Below, piece after piece: positions 25,366 through 41,422 of a stretch of 64,000 bases of DNA. The stretch lies in NCBI RefSeq assembly GCF_009914755.1, contig NC_060937.1; one strand, written 5' to 3'. Source of the stretch: the human T2T-CHM13v2.0 reference genome, Homo sapiens. The position numbers and the translations under genes were made by a program. Numbering within the stretch: the stretch's first letter is position 1; each line of letters starts with the position of its first letter. The notes beneath the pieces are model-generated. The model did not search any database. It had not been told where the DNA came from and saw nothing but the letters and a program-made list of their open reading frames with translations.

Positions 25366-26780
25366 TTCTACTTTTTAAAATGTGACGTTTTACTGTGTCA
25401 CATTTATGATTTACATTATATTTCCATTGAACAGCACTGCCGTAGAGCTATAGAGAGAAAGACTGATTTAGAAATAAAGGATGAGGTGTAGTTGGTGCTT
25501 TGGGCTTGTGTAAGATCATCCTAGGACAGATTGTAGAGTGACTGTAGCAGACGTCTTGGGAGAGAAACTGAGCCAGTGCTGACGTTAAGGAGCAAATGGA
25601 GATAGAGGAGTAAACTAAGCCCACCAAGAAAGAACAGCCAGCGTGGTCAGAAGTGGGCAAGTGAGAGGGTGTGATTGATGTCAGAGGAGGAGGGGTTGGC
25701 AGTGTAGTTTGCGTAAACAGGTGAGAAGATCGAAATCTCAAGAACATTGTAGTTATAAAGTGGCATGCTAAGTTTTAAAACTTTAGAGGTGGAATAGTTG
25801 AGAGGAAGAAGGAAGTCTGTGGAAAGTAATAAGAATGCGATTCTGCAAGTATTAAGAAAATCTGCCCCTGGGGTAGGGGTGTGAGGATGGAAGAGAAAGT
25901 CTTTGGAGTTGAGAAGGTAAGGATGAACAGCTCGTCATCTGTGCAGTTATCAGTGTTATCACAATGGCGATAGAACTTGGGGTGGAAAGCAAGGCTCTGA
26001 GTCAGGTAGGAAGTGGAGCAAAACCAAAAAGAATAGTCATAATCACTTTTCCTGGTTTCCCGGTTCCCTGGTTCCCACCTCTAAAGCTGGAAGTGAGAGA
26101 ATGAGAAGCCTCTGAAAGGAGGGCTTTAAATGATGTGAAGTTCATGGCATACAAGGAGGTGTCAGGGCAGATTGGTGGAGGGACCCATCTTGTGAAGAGA
26201 CCAGTTATCAGTACCTTCAAAAAGTACAGCTTTGTTCTGTATGTAGAGCAAGTAAGGGGGAGGTGAGGCCCGTGGAGGACGACGGAGGCAGACGTGCAGG
26301 AGGGCTGTGGGAGAAGCCCTGGTCCCGGGGCCTGCTCTGCTCCTCAGGAGTGGCAGCCAGAGGGCACTTGGCTTTTGATGGTTTGCCCCGGTGAACTAGT
26401 ATTAGTTACATAGGAAAGGGAAAAAATGAACACAAGCTGACTTCTGGCTTTAAAGTACTTAAACACATTTGTTTGACTAAACTTTTATTTGGGAGAATTC
26501 TTTTGGCACTTTATTTTGAAGAAGGGATCCTGCACATACCATATTCCTAAGGAAAACTATAAATATTTCGTCTCCTAAATATTCTTTGATGTAATTTGTT
26601 TATTCTTTTTCTTTAAGAAACTTAATACAAATTAAATGTTAGTTTAAAGTGAGCTCTTATGGAAGAAATTTAAAAATTATACAAGTTAAATAGGAGTGGT
26701 GAGAGAGAGAGAAAAAAAAATTTTACAAGTAGTACTTGTTTTTGGAAAAAAAGCTTACAGAATTGTAAAGTGAAAGTACT

Positions 26781-27397
<617 letters not shown>

Positions 27398-27670
27398 AAA
27401 GAAAGCACTAAGCTTCAACCTTTCTCCCTCATCCCTTTCCCCTCAAATCTGTGCTATACAACCTACAGGCCTTCTTGTAAGAATATGCTGCTATAACCAT
27501 TTATAAAAAGGAATTAATGTTTGCTCTGTAACTTAATACCAGTGTATCATAGATCTACTTCTATTTTCTTATTATTGAAAACATTCCAAATATACAGAAA
27601 AGTTGAAAGAAAGATGAATGATGAACACCCATACCCACAACTTGGATTCAAGACTTAACATTTTATTTTT

Positions 27671-27680
27671 TATATATATT

Positions 27681-27732
<52 letters not shown>

Positions 27733-27786
27733 CATATATGTGTATGTGTGTATTTGTATGTGTTGGGGTGTGTGTGTAAATATATA
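27671..27786. repeat. Compound TA/CA/TG microsatellite inside an old L1 fragment
   Basis: Directly visible. Confidence 0.9.
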
Positions 27787-28314
27787 TTTTATGAACCATT
27801 TTAAATTATTGACGTCATTGACACTTCACCCTTGAGTATTTCAGCATCTCCAAAAAATAACGACATCTTTTACTTAACAATAAACCATTATTGCACTAAA
27901 AATTTAATGAGTTTGCTAATGTCCTCTAATGCCTAGTCCATCTTTCAATATCACCTGTTGTCTCAAAGTATTATACCAGCTCCACTTTTCATGGTTCATT
28001 TGAAATTTGGTCCCTCGACCCAGAAGTGATTGTACTTCCCTTACAGAGGTGTCTTTGCTCAACCATACTCCCCACCTGCTCTTCCTCACAGTCGCCAGAG
28101 TCTGCCTTTTCTGTCCTTCCCAGTGGTGGGGGGAAGCCCGCTCTGGTCACCTGGGAATTGGATGTACTAACTAGGCCTGTATGTGATTTGACTCAGAGTG
28201 TGGAAGACAGTCTGACAGGTGAACCTAATTTGATTAATCCCCCTGTTTAGAAGTGCTTTGTTTTCTTGTTACTCCCCCACCTCCACAGGCTCCCACCTGC
28301 TTCCTTCCTCATGA

Positions 28315-28628
<314 letters not shown>

Positions 28629-28983
28629 CGATCTGCCTCCTTTTTAATGGCTGCATTCTATAATGTGATTATGCTTTTCCTATGTTCCATAAAGATTATT
28701 GATCACAATTTGGGAAAAGCAACTTGGGTTGAGCATATATATATGAAGCTGGAATGTATGTATGTCCATATTCATGTGTATTCTCACTTACTGTGTTAAA
28801 TCTCACCTGTCACTGATTTAGATTTCTTAGGGTATTCTTGATGAAAACTGAGGTGGGAAAAAATTGGTGCCCTCTAGCTACTTATAGCTAATGAGAATAA
28901 GCAGTTTATAGTTGCCATGTAAATTATTGTAAGACAAATATCCACATGTGTGAAATGTGTCTTCTTTTCCACTTGGGTTTTAG

Positions 28984-29108
28984 GTTCAACAGAATCCCTC
29001 AATCCTAGACCACAGACCACAATTTCTCCAGCAGATCTTCATGGAATGTGGTATCCTACGGTTCGAAGAACTCTTGTCTGTCTCTCCAAATTATACAGAT
29101 GCATAGAT
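28984..29108 (+). CDS. COG3: COG3 coding exon (probable exon 15), 125 nt
   Basis: ggttttag|GTTCAA ... ATAGAT|gtacgt; [41 protein letters not shown]. Confidence 0.96.
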
Positions 29109-30166
29109 GTACGTGTATCTTTACTGTGAATTGCTCGTTCTTTCACTTGAAATATTTTTAAATTTACATTTTAAGATCTTGATAAAGTATTTTGTTGGAT
29201 ATTCTTAAAATCATGATTTTTAGATATGGAAGTAACTTGAGGTCAAGCTAATTTAGGAATTTCTAACCTGAACTTTCTATAGAAACTTATAATTCAGTAA
29301 TGGGCTTTGGGGAGTCTATGGACACCTCAAAATTGTGGGCAAATTTTGCATGACTGTTTTATGTGTGCATTCCTGAAGAGAAGACCCTGACTGCATTTAG
29401 AGCAATGATTAAATACAGCAGTCATGTAATGAATTGTCTAGATGCCACTATTTCTTAAGGATATGGTTCAAAAGGAGTATGCATTTACCCTTACACCGCA
29501 GAGATATTTTATATTGTAGGACTGCACAGTTGTTTCATTGGGTCAGTAGAATGTACACTACTCTATATTTAATTTAAAATGCATAATTGCTGGGCTTTGT
29601 GCTTATAGATTTTGAAATGCTACCAAAAGTGCCTTTTGCCCAGTTCTGGGACTCTTAAGGACAGGCCCAGATCACCTCTACAGACTTAGATGTCTCAGCC
29701 TTTTTGCCCAGCTGATGAGATCTCTTCCAGAGAGAGGTTTGGATATTTGGCATCTCTTCCTCCCCAGGGTGTCCATTAGGTTTATTGAATAATGATATTA
29801 GGCTGAGATTCAGCAACTTCCTGCAGTGGAGTCAGGATCCCAAGGAAAATACGCAGGAGGCATATTCCACATAGAACCCATTGTCATCACAGACTCTAGG
29901 AAATAAAACCTCTTAGGGTGCTTAACAGGGATTTTAGCTTAATAGTAGGTAGGCCTGAGGAGGTCACTATGCCAGTTTTGTCTTATGCCTTAGGCTGGCT
30001 TATTCTTTTTTCACCTAGCTTATATTCAAATCTTAACACTTTTAGTCTTACCGATCAAAGGTGGGGAAAGACAATCCAGTGTAAAATACGTTAAGGCTGA
30101 GCAAGGGAAGGCGAGGGTCTTGGTCTAAGCTGCTCATCTTAAGCTTTCTTAGGCAGGGTTAGTGAC

Positions 30167-30181
30167 CCAGCAGGTGGCAGC
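30167..30181 (+). promoter_or_regulatory. CTCF core motif match
   Basis: CCAGCAGGTGGCAGC fits CCASYAGRKGGCRS; motif only, no binding data. Confidence 0.45.
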
Positions 30182-31055
30182 TCTAATCTCTCCTTCCTAT
30201 AGTAATAGCCTTGTGGGAAACCACAGAACAGGGAGAAGCAATGTAAAAAGAGAATAACATCAAGTTGGAGACCAGGGCCCAGGACAGTGGCCTAATAATG
30301 AATAGGCTCATATTTATGTAGAATGGAGGCTGGGAGGGAAGCAAGGGGACTGACAGGAGTCCTGGTCCAACCACCATGCCACACCTCTGGGAAGATAGTA
30401 ATGGCAGAATTAAATTAAGAATCATACTGCCTATACCATTTGGTAACCTGTTTTTTTTTTTTTAAACTCCATTATGAATTTCACCGCCTCCTTCAGCATT
30501 CTTTGATTTCATAAACAGTATTCTATAATTTAGATTTAGTCCTATTTTATTTGTCAGTCCCCTGTCTTTGAACATTTATGTTATTTCCAGTTTATGGCTG
30601 TTCTAAATAATACTGTAATGAAGAGCCATGTACATGATTTCCTAAAATACAATTCTGTTGTATTTTTAGAAGTGGATTTACTGAGGGTTTGTTTTAAAGT
30701 TGGTTTTAGAGATTTAAAAAAGAGCCCCACATGAGATCTTGTTGGAGCGAAGGCTCCGTGAGGTCAGAACCATGCCTGCCTATATTTCTAGCATCTAGCA
30801 CAGTGCCTAGTATGCTAATCAATATTTATTGAATGGTCACATGAATGTTTCCAGAGATGACTGCATATTACATATCTATGTGTTGGTTTAGAAAGGTTGC
30901 ATGGGAATAGGAAACCAGGAAGAATAATACAAGTAGTAAATTAATCCAACCATGAGGGCAAGCAGGCATTGTTATTTGCACTTACAGCCTAGGATATTCC
31001 TTTTTTTTTGTTTTGTCAAGTGCCACAGGCTGATTATTCTCTTTTATTCCACCAG

Positions 31056-31145
31056 AGGGCAGTGTTCCAAGGATTATCACAGGAAGCATTGTCTGCCTGC
31101 ATTCAGTCCTTACTTGGAGCGTCAGAGTCTATCAGCAAAAACAAG
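31056..31145 (+). CDS. COG3: COG3 coding exon (probable exon 16), 90 nt
   Basis: ttccaccag|AGGGCA ... AACAAG|gtttga; RAVFQGLSQEALSACIQSLLGASESISKNK. Confidence 0.95.
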
Positions 31146-31625
31146 GTTTGATGAAGTGTTAGGTGAAATCCTGTTTCCTGGTAAAATATTGTGGAATATA
31201 GCATTTACTTATAGGCACAGAAGTTTAAAGCTGTTTTGGCAGTAGGATTTGTTTAACATGATTGAATTTTGAGGCTCTTTGAGAGAAACTGTTATTTCAT
31301 TATAGTGCTAAATAAAGACTGTACTATATAAGAGAGTCCAACTTTGCTAAAGTACCAAAAGTGGTACTTAGGTTACACATTCTATAGAGTAAAGGTTTCT
31401 TGTTGTAGTCCTAGCCACTGGGGAAATGATACTATTACCCTGGAATACCAAGAAAGCATTTCCAAGGAAACATCACAATTTATAATCATCTCTCTCTACG
31501 ATAATGTTTTAAATAGTTGAATGTTCTTACATGGAGGAAATGAGTCAGTCAATTTTGAGGACAGGTAATTGTGGCTCTGGGTTGTGTGACTAGAAGGAGT
31601 CACCATGACTGTATGGCTTACAATT

Positions 31626-32204
<579 letters not shown>

Positions 32205-32475
32205 GGTTTACAGTTTTTAATCCAGAAGGGATCTGGGGCTGAAGGCTGCTGGCATGTGCTTCTCCCACAGACCCTGAGATTTTTTTTTTTTTCCCAGGAA
32301 GTAGAGCATGTTCAAAAGTGTTGCTTTGCTTAACTCTCCTCTTAAAATACCTGTCACCTATAGGGAAGGAGCTGTGGGAGCTGTTTCTAGCCAAAATTTT
32401 CTTCCCACTTGGAGTGTTCAGATCCTGTGAACTTTTTTTGATATATGGATTTATAAACGTGACTTTTAAGGCTTT

Positions 32476-32900
32476 TATATATATATATATAATATATACA
32501 TATAAATTATACATATAATATATACATATAAATTATACATATAATATATACATATAAATTATACATATAATATATACATATAAATTATATATAATATATA
32601 CATATAAATTATACATATAATATATACATATAAATTATACATATAATATATACATATAAATTATATATAATATATACATATAAATTATACATATAATATA
32701 TACATATAAATTATACATAATATATACATATAAATCATATATATAATATATACATATAAATCATATATATAATATATACATATAAATCATATATATAATA
32801 TATACATATAAATTATATATAATATATACATATAAATTATATATATAATATATACATATAAATTATATATATAAAAGTGATATATACATTTTATATATAT
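32476..32900. repeat. AT-rich minisatellite, 15 copies of a 24/26-nt unit
   Basis: Core AATATATACATATAAA recurs 15 times from 32491 to 32847 at 24- or 26-nt spacing. Confidence 0.95.
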
Positions 32901-33424
32901 GTATCTCTCCACAGAATAATTTGGGATCTTGTTGCTAGGAAAGCTTTATCTTTATGACCACTATATTTTTCTCATTCATGAAATGGAGAGGTGAAATGAA
33001 ATTTTCACATGGGGACTAGAAATAAAGTTATAGACAGGCAGATTTAAGTTTTAACAAGTATTTCCAAGTCTGTGCCCGCACATTTTTGATAATAGGTGAA
33101 ATTAGAAAACACATGTCTAATGTTAAGGAAATGGTTACATAAATTGTGGCATGTTTTATATAACAATATTACACAGTCATTAAATTTTTAAAAATGAAAC
33201 AATAAAATTTAACTTAAACATATTAAGACAACAGGTATTTAAGATGCAAATCAGATAATATGGTATGACTATGTAATAAAATGCATTGAAGAAAATATGT
33301 AACAGTGAAAGCTTTTAGGTGACTATGGATGATTTTTTCTCTCATTCCCTATACATCTCTTTATTTTCTACAGTGATCCTGTGTTTCTCAGATCTCAGGA
33401 GGGAAAAATATGACCTAATTTTAA

Positions 33425-33775
<351 letters not shown>

Positions 33776-33864
33776 ATGTCCTTTCTCTTAAGGGAGGCAT
33801 GAAAAGCATTTTGATAGTTCGGTCTTTTGCCCTCCTTATCTGTAGGCCATCCTCTTTTATCTAA

Positions 33865-34296
<432 letters not shown>

Positions 34297-35457
34297 TGAA
34301 AATGGATTAATGTCTTAAACAGTTTTTTAAGGCAAGAAATTGTTCTTACATACTTAAACTGAGCACCTGTCAACAAATTAACATGATACTATTTGCTGGA
34401 TTACAATAGCTTTAGTGAAGTAATAAAATCTATATGATACTATTTTTGGCATCAGAGTTGTTAGGTCTTTTAAAAATAGAGCAAGTATTTAAAATGTGTA
34501 GCATTTCCCACTTACCTGGTGCTCTGTGTTCCCGTATGCAGAGTGAGTTTCCATGACATAAGTCACTGATTATGCTTATTAAAATCAGTGGAGAGAGTAA
34601 GCGAGACTGGGAAGGAATCTTCATTTAATAACTCCTTTAAAATTTATATTGCTTACTGAAAGATAACTTTATCTTTTCCTAAGGTAATATAAAAGTTTCA
34701 TTAGCAATATTTTCAAAATAAGATTCTGCCTTGAGTAACAGCAAGAAGGAGCAAATACAGCCTTGCTCTTATTAATATACAAACTCTTTTCTGAAATGAG
34801 AGCTATGATTATTCAGTATTTGAGGATTGGGTCAGAGGTTTGAGAACGGAGTTTGAATCACAAGACTCTTGTGGATGGGTCCTGAGAGGGCAGAAGGACA
34901 TGCTGGACCTTCAGGGATGTGGGTAGTCAGAGCTCTGTTGGTGGCAGGAGGATCCAAAATGGCAACCTCAAATCATTTTACATTTGTATAAATATAAGTA
35001 TGTCTGATGTTCTAGATATTGAAACCACTTTGACCAAATAGTGAAAGCCATGTTCCTGAGGAGAAACTAGAATGCCAGGCCAGGTCAGGATCCTGCCTGT
35101 TATTTGAGCCTTTCTTTACCTCCTCTGCTCTGGGCCACAGTTAGGCTGCATCATCTCTTCTACCTCTGCACCAGGTGAAAGTAGATTGGACTTCTCTTTG
35201 TAAATGTGTTGCTTTACAGCCTTGTGTCTGACTTTCTTGGATTTTTAAAGTAGAGCAAGTGACAGTGCAAATAAGAGTTTGAAGCAAGATTTTTTAACTT
35301 AATTCTAGCATGGGGAGAGTTCATTGCACAACTAAAGAGAATTGACACCATAGGCTGTAAACCTAGGTAGATTAATGTTGATTAATAATGTATGCTGTAT
35401 ATGCTTTTATTTTGATTTAATATGTGATCATATCCATTTTTCTGTCTTATAATTTAG

Positions 35458-35578
35458 ACTCAGATTGATGGACAACTTTTCTTAATTAAGCACCTTTTGA
35501 TACTTCGTGAACAAATTGCTCCATTTCACACTGAATTCACCATTAAGGAAATTTCCCTGGACCTCAAGAAAACTAGAG
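35458..35578 (+). CDS. COG3: COG3 coding exon (probable exon 17), 121 nt
   Basis: aatttag|ACTCAG ... AGAG|gtactt; [40 protein letters not shown]. Confidence 0.96.
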
Positions 35579-38076
35579 GTACTTTGCTGTCCTGGCTGGC
35601 ACACTTGGGTGTGTTTGATCTGTCCAGATGTGTCAGCACAGGTTTTAGGTTTATTTTATGTTCATCTGCAATTTTTTGCATGCTTTGCTTGCTAAATATG
35701 TTATTTGTTCGTACTAAGCTGAGCTGTCACCATGCTAATGACTTCTAACTTGCTGTATTTTCTTTATGAAGGGAACTGTATCTGGACATTTCAGTTTGTA
35801 ATATTAGACTCATTTAGACTCTGCCACATATTCCTACAACCAGTTAAAAAGTGAAAAATCTGTATAATAACTGCTTCCTAAGTAAGTAATGTCAGCTAGT
35901 TGGGATGATTTTAAGCACTGAGTTGAGTTTGTCAGTTTATGAAAATTCAGGAAGCCAGCTGGGTAAAATGAGAAGAGTACTTATCTAAGAATTTGAAAGC
36001 ACTGGGTTTTCTTCCTGTCCCATCATTTCCCGGCCTTTGTGTGATCTTGGGTGGGTGTTTTAGCTTCTCCATGCCACCTTCCTTTTATGTAAAATGAGCA
36101 TAATGAACTTGTCATGATACCTTCACGAGGTTATCAAGATCATTAAGACCGAAAAGGAATGAAAATATATGTTAACATCTTCATAAATTTCAGGTGCTTA
36201 AATAAACTTCAGTGGTATTAAATCAGTAATCATGTAAGATAGGGTCTTTGAGTTGGTAATAGACATTGAATCATCTTGAGAAAGATGATTCATCCATCCT
36301 AATGATTTGTCTCTGAATTAGTAAGAGATGATTTCTAAAAGATCAGAGTAGTTAATTTTTAAGATAATTGATCTTAAGCAGTTAAGGATATACCATACAC
36401 ATCCCTCATGTCCCTTAATTACTTACAAATTTATGTAAACTTTATCTTAAACATTTCTAAGAGATTTATGCTCTGATGCCTTAAGCCATTCATTTATGTG
36501 ATCAGTTAACTTCTCTCTAATGTTTTGGGGCAATTAAAAAAACGGTCACTCAAATTATTTTCTATGTGTTACAGTTTAGAGGAACCCCAAATATAGGATG
36601 TTCAAGGATAGCAGGTTTTTAGTTCCCCAATTCCTGTGCCTATCTGATAGTGGATTTGATTTAACTCACCCGAGAGCCAGTGTAACCTCATGATGATTCC
36701 TCTTAAAACAGTTTGCTCTATTTCGTTCCCTAGTGCTCTCTCTTGTCCACCACGGAGAATATGTTTTGGTTCTGTAAAGCATGTGTGTTATGTACTTTGT
36801 GATTTTAAAATTTTTAAATTATTTTTGTTTTTTTCTCTAATCTTGGAAGTGGCACACCATGTGTTTTTGTTTTGGTTTGGTTTTTAAATAGGAGCCAGAT
36901 ATCCTGGCTTTTGCCTTTACAGAACACATAGTTTTTTTAAAGCTTATTCTCATCAGAGGCTTCCATCTCCCACCCATTCTGGTTGATTTCATTCATTCCT
37001 TTCAGTGTGAGGTGTGGGAATCATGCTCTTACACCTTGAAGAATTCCCAGCTTCTGACAGTTCTTACTTTAAGTGATGGGATAGAGCAGGGTTGATTTAC
37101 TTTCTTTCATTTTTTTCTAAAGTTGTAATTTGTTGCTGCTTGGTTCTAGTGTAGATCAACTGAGGTGAGAGAAAGTGAAATATCTTGAGATTGTGGCAAA
37201 ATTTGGTTGAAAGTGTGTTTTCCTCCAAATATTACAAAGCCTGTGTAACTCTACCATATGATGATTTGATTCTGTGCAGACAGAATCTTTGAGGGATCTT
37301 ACAGAAAAGACAGCAGACACAACTATTTACTAAAGCTTTACTCTGAATACTGAACTGATAGAGAGAGGGTCTTCTTCATTACTACCAGGGTCAAGGCAGT
37401 AAGTATTATGGTAGTGTGTGCTTGCCAAACCAGGGTTACAAGCATTTCATGCTTTGCTTTATCTGGTCTGGCAAAGCAAAGAGATGTTTTTTTCTTACTC
37501 ACTTAATAATACTTGCTATCTTTACTTTTACGCCTCTAACCTCTCAAGACTAACATTATATTGTATTGCATTTGAACATCAATGAGACCTCAGCTAATAC
37601 TTCACATAGATTCTAGTTAGTCTGGAGGTTAAGGGGTAAATACGTCCTTTTGGTGTTTTCTTCTTGGCTGACACATTAGTTTATTATTCTGCTTCAAATG
37701 AATAAATTTCTGTGCCAGCCAAGATTTTAATAAAGAAGCTGGGTAAGTATATGAGTATTTTTTAAAAACCTATTTAATATCCTAAAAGTAAAGCAGTGAA
37801 ATTTTAAGGTGCCGATTACCATTTATCATTTTTCTTTTTTTTGGTAAGTGAATAATTGAGATTAATAGTCATTTTGCAATTTGAACTTCTAGAAAATAAC
37901 TCTGTGAGTACTGTAGCCATCACTGGTGCTCATCTCACTCTCAGCCTTTCATGGAGGTGAGTTGCTGAAGGTGAATTGGCTTTTTGCCTTGTGGTGGTAG
38001 AGAACTGGTGTATGTTACTCATGGCTTTGCTGTTGAAACTTTACATGTTCACTGGATGAGTAATTTTGTTTCACAG

Positions 38077-38165
38077 ATGCAGCATTTAAAATCCTGAACC
38101 CTATGACTGTCCCAAGATTTTTTAGGCTGAATAGCAACAATGCCTTGATAGAGTTCTTGTTGGAG
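38077..38165 (+). CDS. COG3: COG3 coding exon (probable exon 18), 89 nt
   Basis: tttcacag|ATGCAG ... TTGGAG|gtgaga; AAFKILNPMTVPRFFRLNSNNALIEFLLE; followed by a 109-nt intron. Confidence 0.96.
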
Positions 38166-38274
38166 GTGAGAAGGAGTCTGTTTCATTGGTGGTGGGAGAT
38201 AAACGACATTCTTTACATGTCTGGTGATTTCTAGGCACATAAAAACAGGAGGAAATTGTTATCTTCTTTTTAAG

Positions 38275-38409
38275 GGTACTCCTGAGATAAGAGAACATTA
38301 TCTTGACTCTAAAAAAGACGTAGACCGTCATCTGAAATCGGCCTGTGAGCAGTTTATTCAGCAGCAGACCAAGCTGTTTGTAGAACAGCTGGAGGAGTTC
38401 ATGACAAAG
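38275..38409 (+). CDS. COG3: COG3 coding exon (probable exon 19), 135 nt
   Basis: tttttaag|GGTACT ... ACAAAG|gtatag; GTPEIREHYLDSKKDVDRHLKSACEQFIQQQTKLFVEQLEEFMTK. Confidence 0.96.
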
Positions 38410-38907
38410 GTATAGACCTTGGTGCCTATGTGGTAAAGTCATTTTGCATTCTTCCTTAGATTTGCTTTTGAATTACTCTCTTGTGTAAACTCTGGCAGAA
38501 GGAGATATTAAGCCCAAGTCTTAATGATTCTGTCTAGGAAATCACTGTGTTTCCTATTATGGAAGCTTTCTGGTTTATGGACTTTTAGATATGCTTGCAC
38601 AGTTTTTGTTTTTAAGAGGAAGAGTCGAAATATTGCAAAGCTAGTTATAGCTGACCCCTGGTTAGCTGTGTTCTGTTTATCCGCCTTGTAGGTTATCTGC
38701 ATGTGGGCTGGGACTCTCACTTTCTCCTGGACCTGCATGGCAGCAACCACAGTCCTGGGAATCAGGGTTTCCTATTCTTAAAATTGGTGATTTGTTTTCC
38801 TCTTTGTTTTACATGCCGTTTTTCTCTTCCATTTTGCATGGATAATTGAGAACTGAAGACTTTTATAACATAGCATTGTTAACTGTCAGATATATGGATT
38901 TAATGTA

Positions 38908-39125
38908 CAGTCAGTCCTCCTTCACATTGGTGGTCTCTTCCTGGAAACTGTGACTTTAAGTGAAACAACATAAAATGAAACCAATTTTTTTTTCCTCATC
39001 AACAGTATGATGAAACAATGTTGAACGTTGAAGGAACGACTTTATTTGAGGACATGCTGTGCGTCATTTCACTTAAAGTCACAGTTTTCAGGAACCTATT
39101 GCTGATATTAAGTGAGGACTGACTA
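38908..39125. mobile_element. Tc1/mariner-Tigger MITE (MER82-like, internally deleted)
   Basis: TA TSD (38906-07, 39126-27); TIRs cagtcagtcctc / gaggactgacta; inner inverted repeat aaactgtgactttaagtgaaa / tttcacttaaagtcacagttt. Confidence 0.8.
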
Positions 39126-39311
39126 TATGTGTGGATAGTATATTCTCTCTGTCTCTCTGTCTTCTAATCTAAAATCCATTAACTGGCAAATGCCAGCAAA
39201 GAGAAAAGCAGATCATGGCTATTTTGACATTCTTGTTTCAACCTAATCATTTAAAAAAAATCTAAGTGTCATTACTAAGGACTTAAAGATATTTAAGAAG
39301 TCTTGAAATTA

Positions 39312-39655
39312 GGCTGGGTGTGTTGGCTCACACCTATAATCCTAGCACTTTGGGAGGCTGAAACAGGAGGATCGCTCGAGCCCCCAGAGTTTGACACTGG
39401 TTAACAGTCCTGGGTAACATAGTGAGACCTAGTCGCTACAAAAAACGAACAAAATTAGCCATGTGTAGTGGCGTGTGCCTATAGTCCCAGGTACTTGGGA
39501 GGCTGAGGTGGGAAGATTGCTTGAGCTGGGAAGTCGAGGGTGCAGTGAGTCAAGATCATCCTACTGCAGTCCAGCCTGGGTGACAGAGTGAGACTGTCTC
39601 AAAAAAAAAAATAAAAATAAAAATAAAAATAAAAAAAGAGAAAGAAAGAAAGAAA
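39312..39655 (+). mobile_element. Alu (AluJ-like)
   Basis: Dimer with long A-rich tail; TSD GTCTTGAAATT on both sides. Confidence 0.92.
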
Positions 39656-40371
39656 ACGTCTTGAAATTTTTATTTATTAAGCCGCTACTGTTTACCCCAG
39701 ACTTGTATCAGAGGACATCATAAAAAGAATAAAAATATGATGGCTCTTATTTTCAAATTTGACTAGTCTTAACTGGACAGACAGGATATATGTATGAAAT
39801 AACAAGGAGACAGCTATGCAATTGTTCATTAGAAACTTCTTGTTGGGTCCATCAACGCTAATATGCCTGAAGCCTGTGGTAAAGACAGAAAATACGAGTT
39901 TTAAAAAATAATTAAAAAGGCCAAAAATGCATAGAAATGTTAAAGTACTCTTTTGTTTATCACTGGCATATATTGCTTGTTAAGTGGATTTTATTCCAAG
40001 TATTTGCAATGTGTGCATATGCATTTTTTTTCCCACCACAAAAGCCATAAAAAAGGAGGGGGATAGAAATGCTTTCTCCTAGGTTTTGATTTTTTAAAAA
40101 AGGTTTGAGTATTGGTACTTTGTAATTTACAGATAACTTACAGTTTTTACTGAAACTACCCTTGTGAAAAACAAGCTGGTAGATTGTAGTGTATATTTCT
40201 GGGAGAACATCCACAGTAGTACTGGTGGGAAGTATTATAGATGAATATTGTACAATAACAGAACAGCAGAATGAATCTTCTGAAATAAGCAAGTTGATTA
40301 TAATGAAATCCAGGATTAAAGGTTGTTCTAGAACAGCACAGTTTTTCTAGAAATCAAGAGAATAAAAATTT

Positions 40372-40477
40372 ACACGTGCCCATAGTCTTAGCTACTCTGG
40401 ATGTCTGAGGTGGGAGGATGGCTGAGCCCAGTAGTTAGAGACCAGCTTGGGCAGCATAGCAAGACTCTGTCTCAAAA
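40372..40477 (+). mobile_element. Degenerate Alu monomer
   Basis: atagtcttagctactc...gaggtgggaggatggctgagcccag...gaccagcttgggcagcatagcaagactctgtctcaaaa. Confidence 0.8.
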
Positions 40478-41066
40478 CATTTTTTTTTTGAAAAAGGAAA
40501 TAGAGGTTTATGTAGAAAATATTCCAAGTCTGAATTATGTAATGGTTCTCCATGGACATGCTACATGCGTATAGCAGGGATCCCTGAACAAATGTTCATG
40601 GACCTGTTTTTATATTCCCTTCGTAATGGGATTGGGAAGGGAAAGGCCTTGCCTCTCATCCCCATTAGAAGCCAGTCTCATCCTACGTGATCAGTCTCTG
40701 CTGCCCTTGCTCAGACCACTTGTAGTTGCCTCCCTTTTCCTCTGTCAACCCTGGGCCCTCACTGCTGCTCACTGAGTTTCTACTGAGTGGACACTGCAGC
40801 CTGGAGGACTGAGCTTCCCTTTTATGGTGTCATATTCCAGATTCAGTTCCCTTTCATCCTGTGGCATAGAGTGAGTCAGAGACAAAGATACATACGTGCA
40901 CACACACACACACACACACACACGCAACCATTTCAGACACTGCATCTTAAAATTTGTGGACCAAAGATTTTTCACTTTTTACCTAGTGACTGTTACTAGC
41001 ATTCTGAATAGCAGAGAAACAGGAAGATTTTATAGAAAACTTTAAAATGATTTTCTTTAAAGGTAA

Positions 41067-41422
<356 letters not shown>

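Noticed and set aside
28864-28880. CTCF-like motif upstream of exon 15 on the minus strand
   Set aside because: Mismatches at the conserved 5' CC positions.
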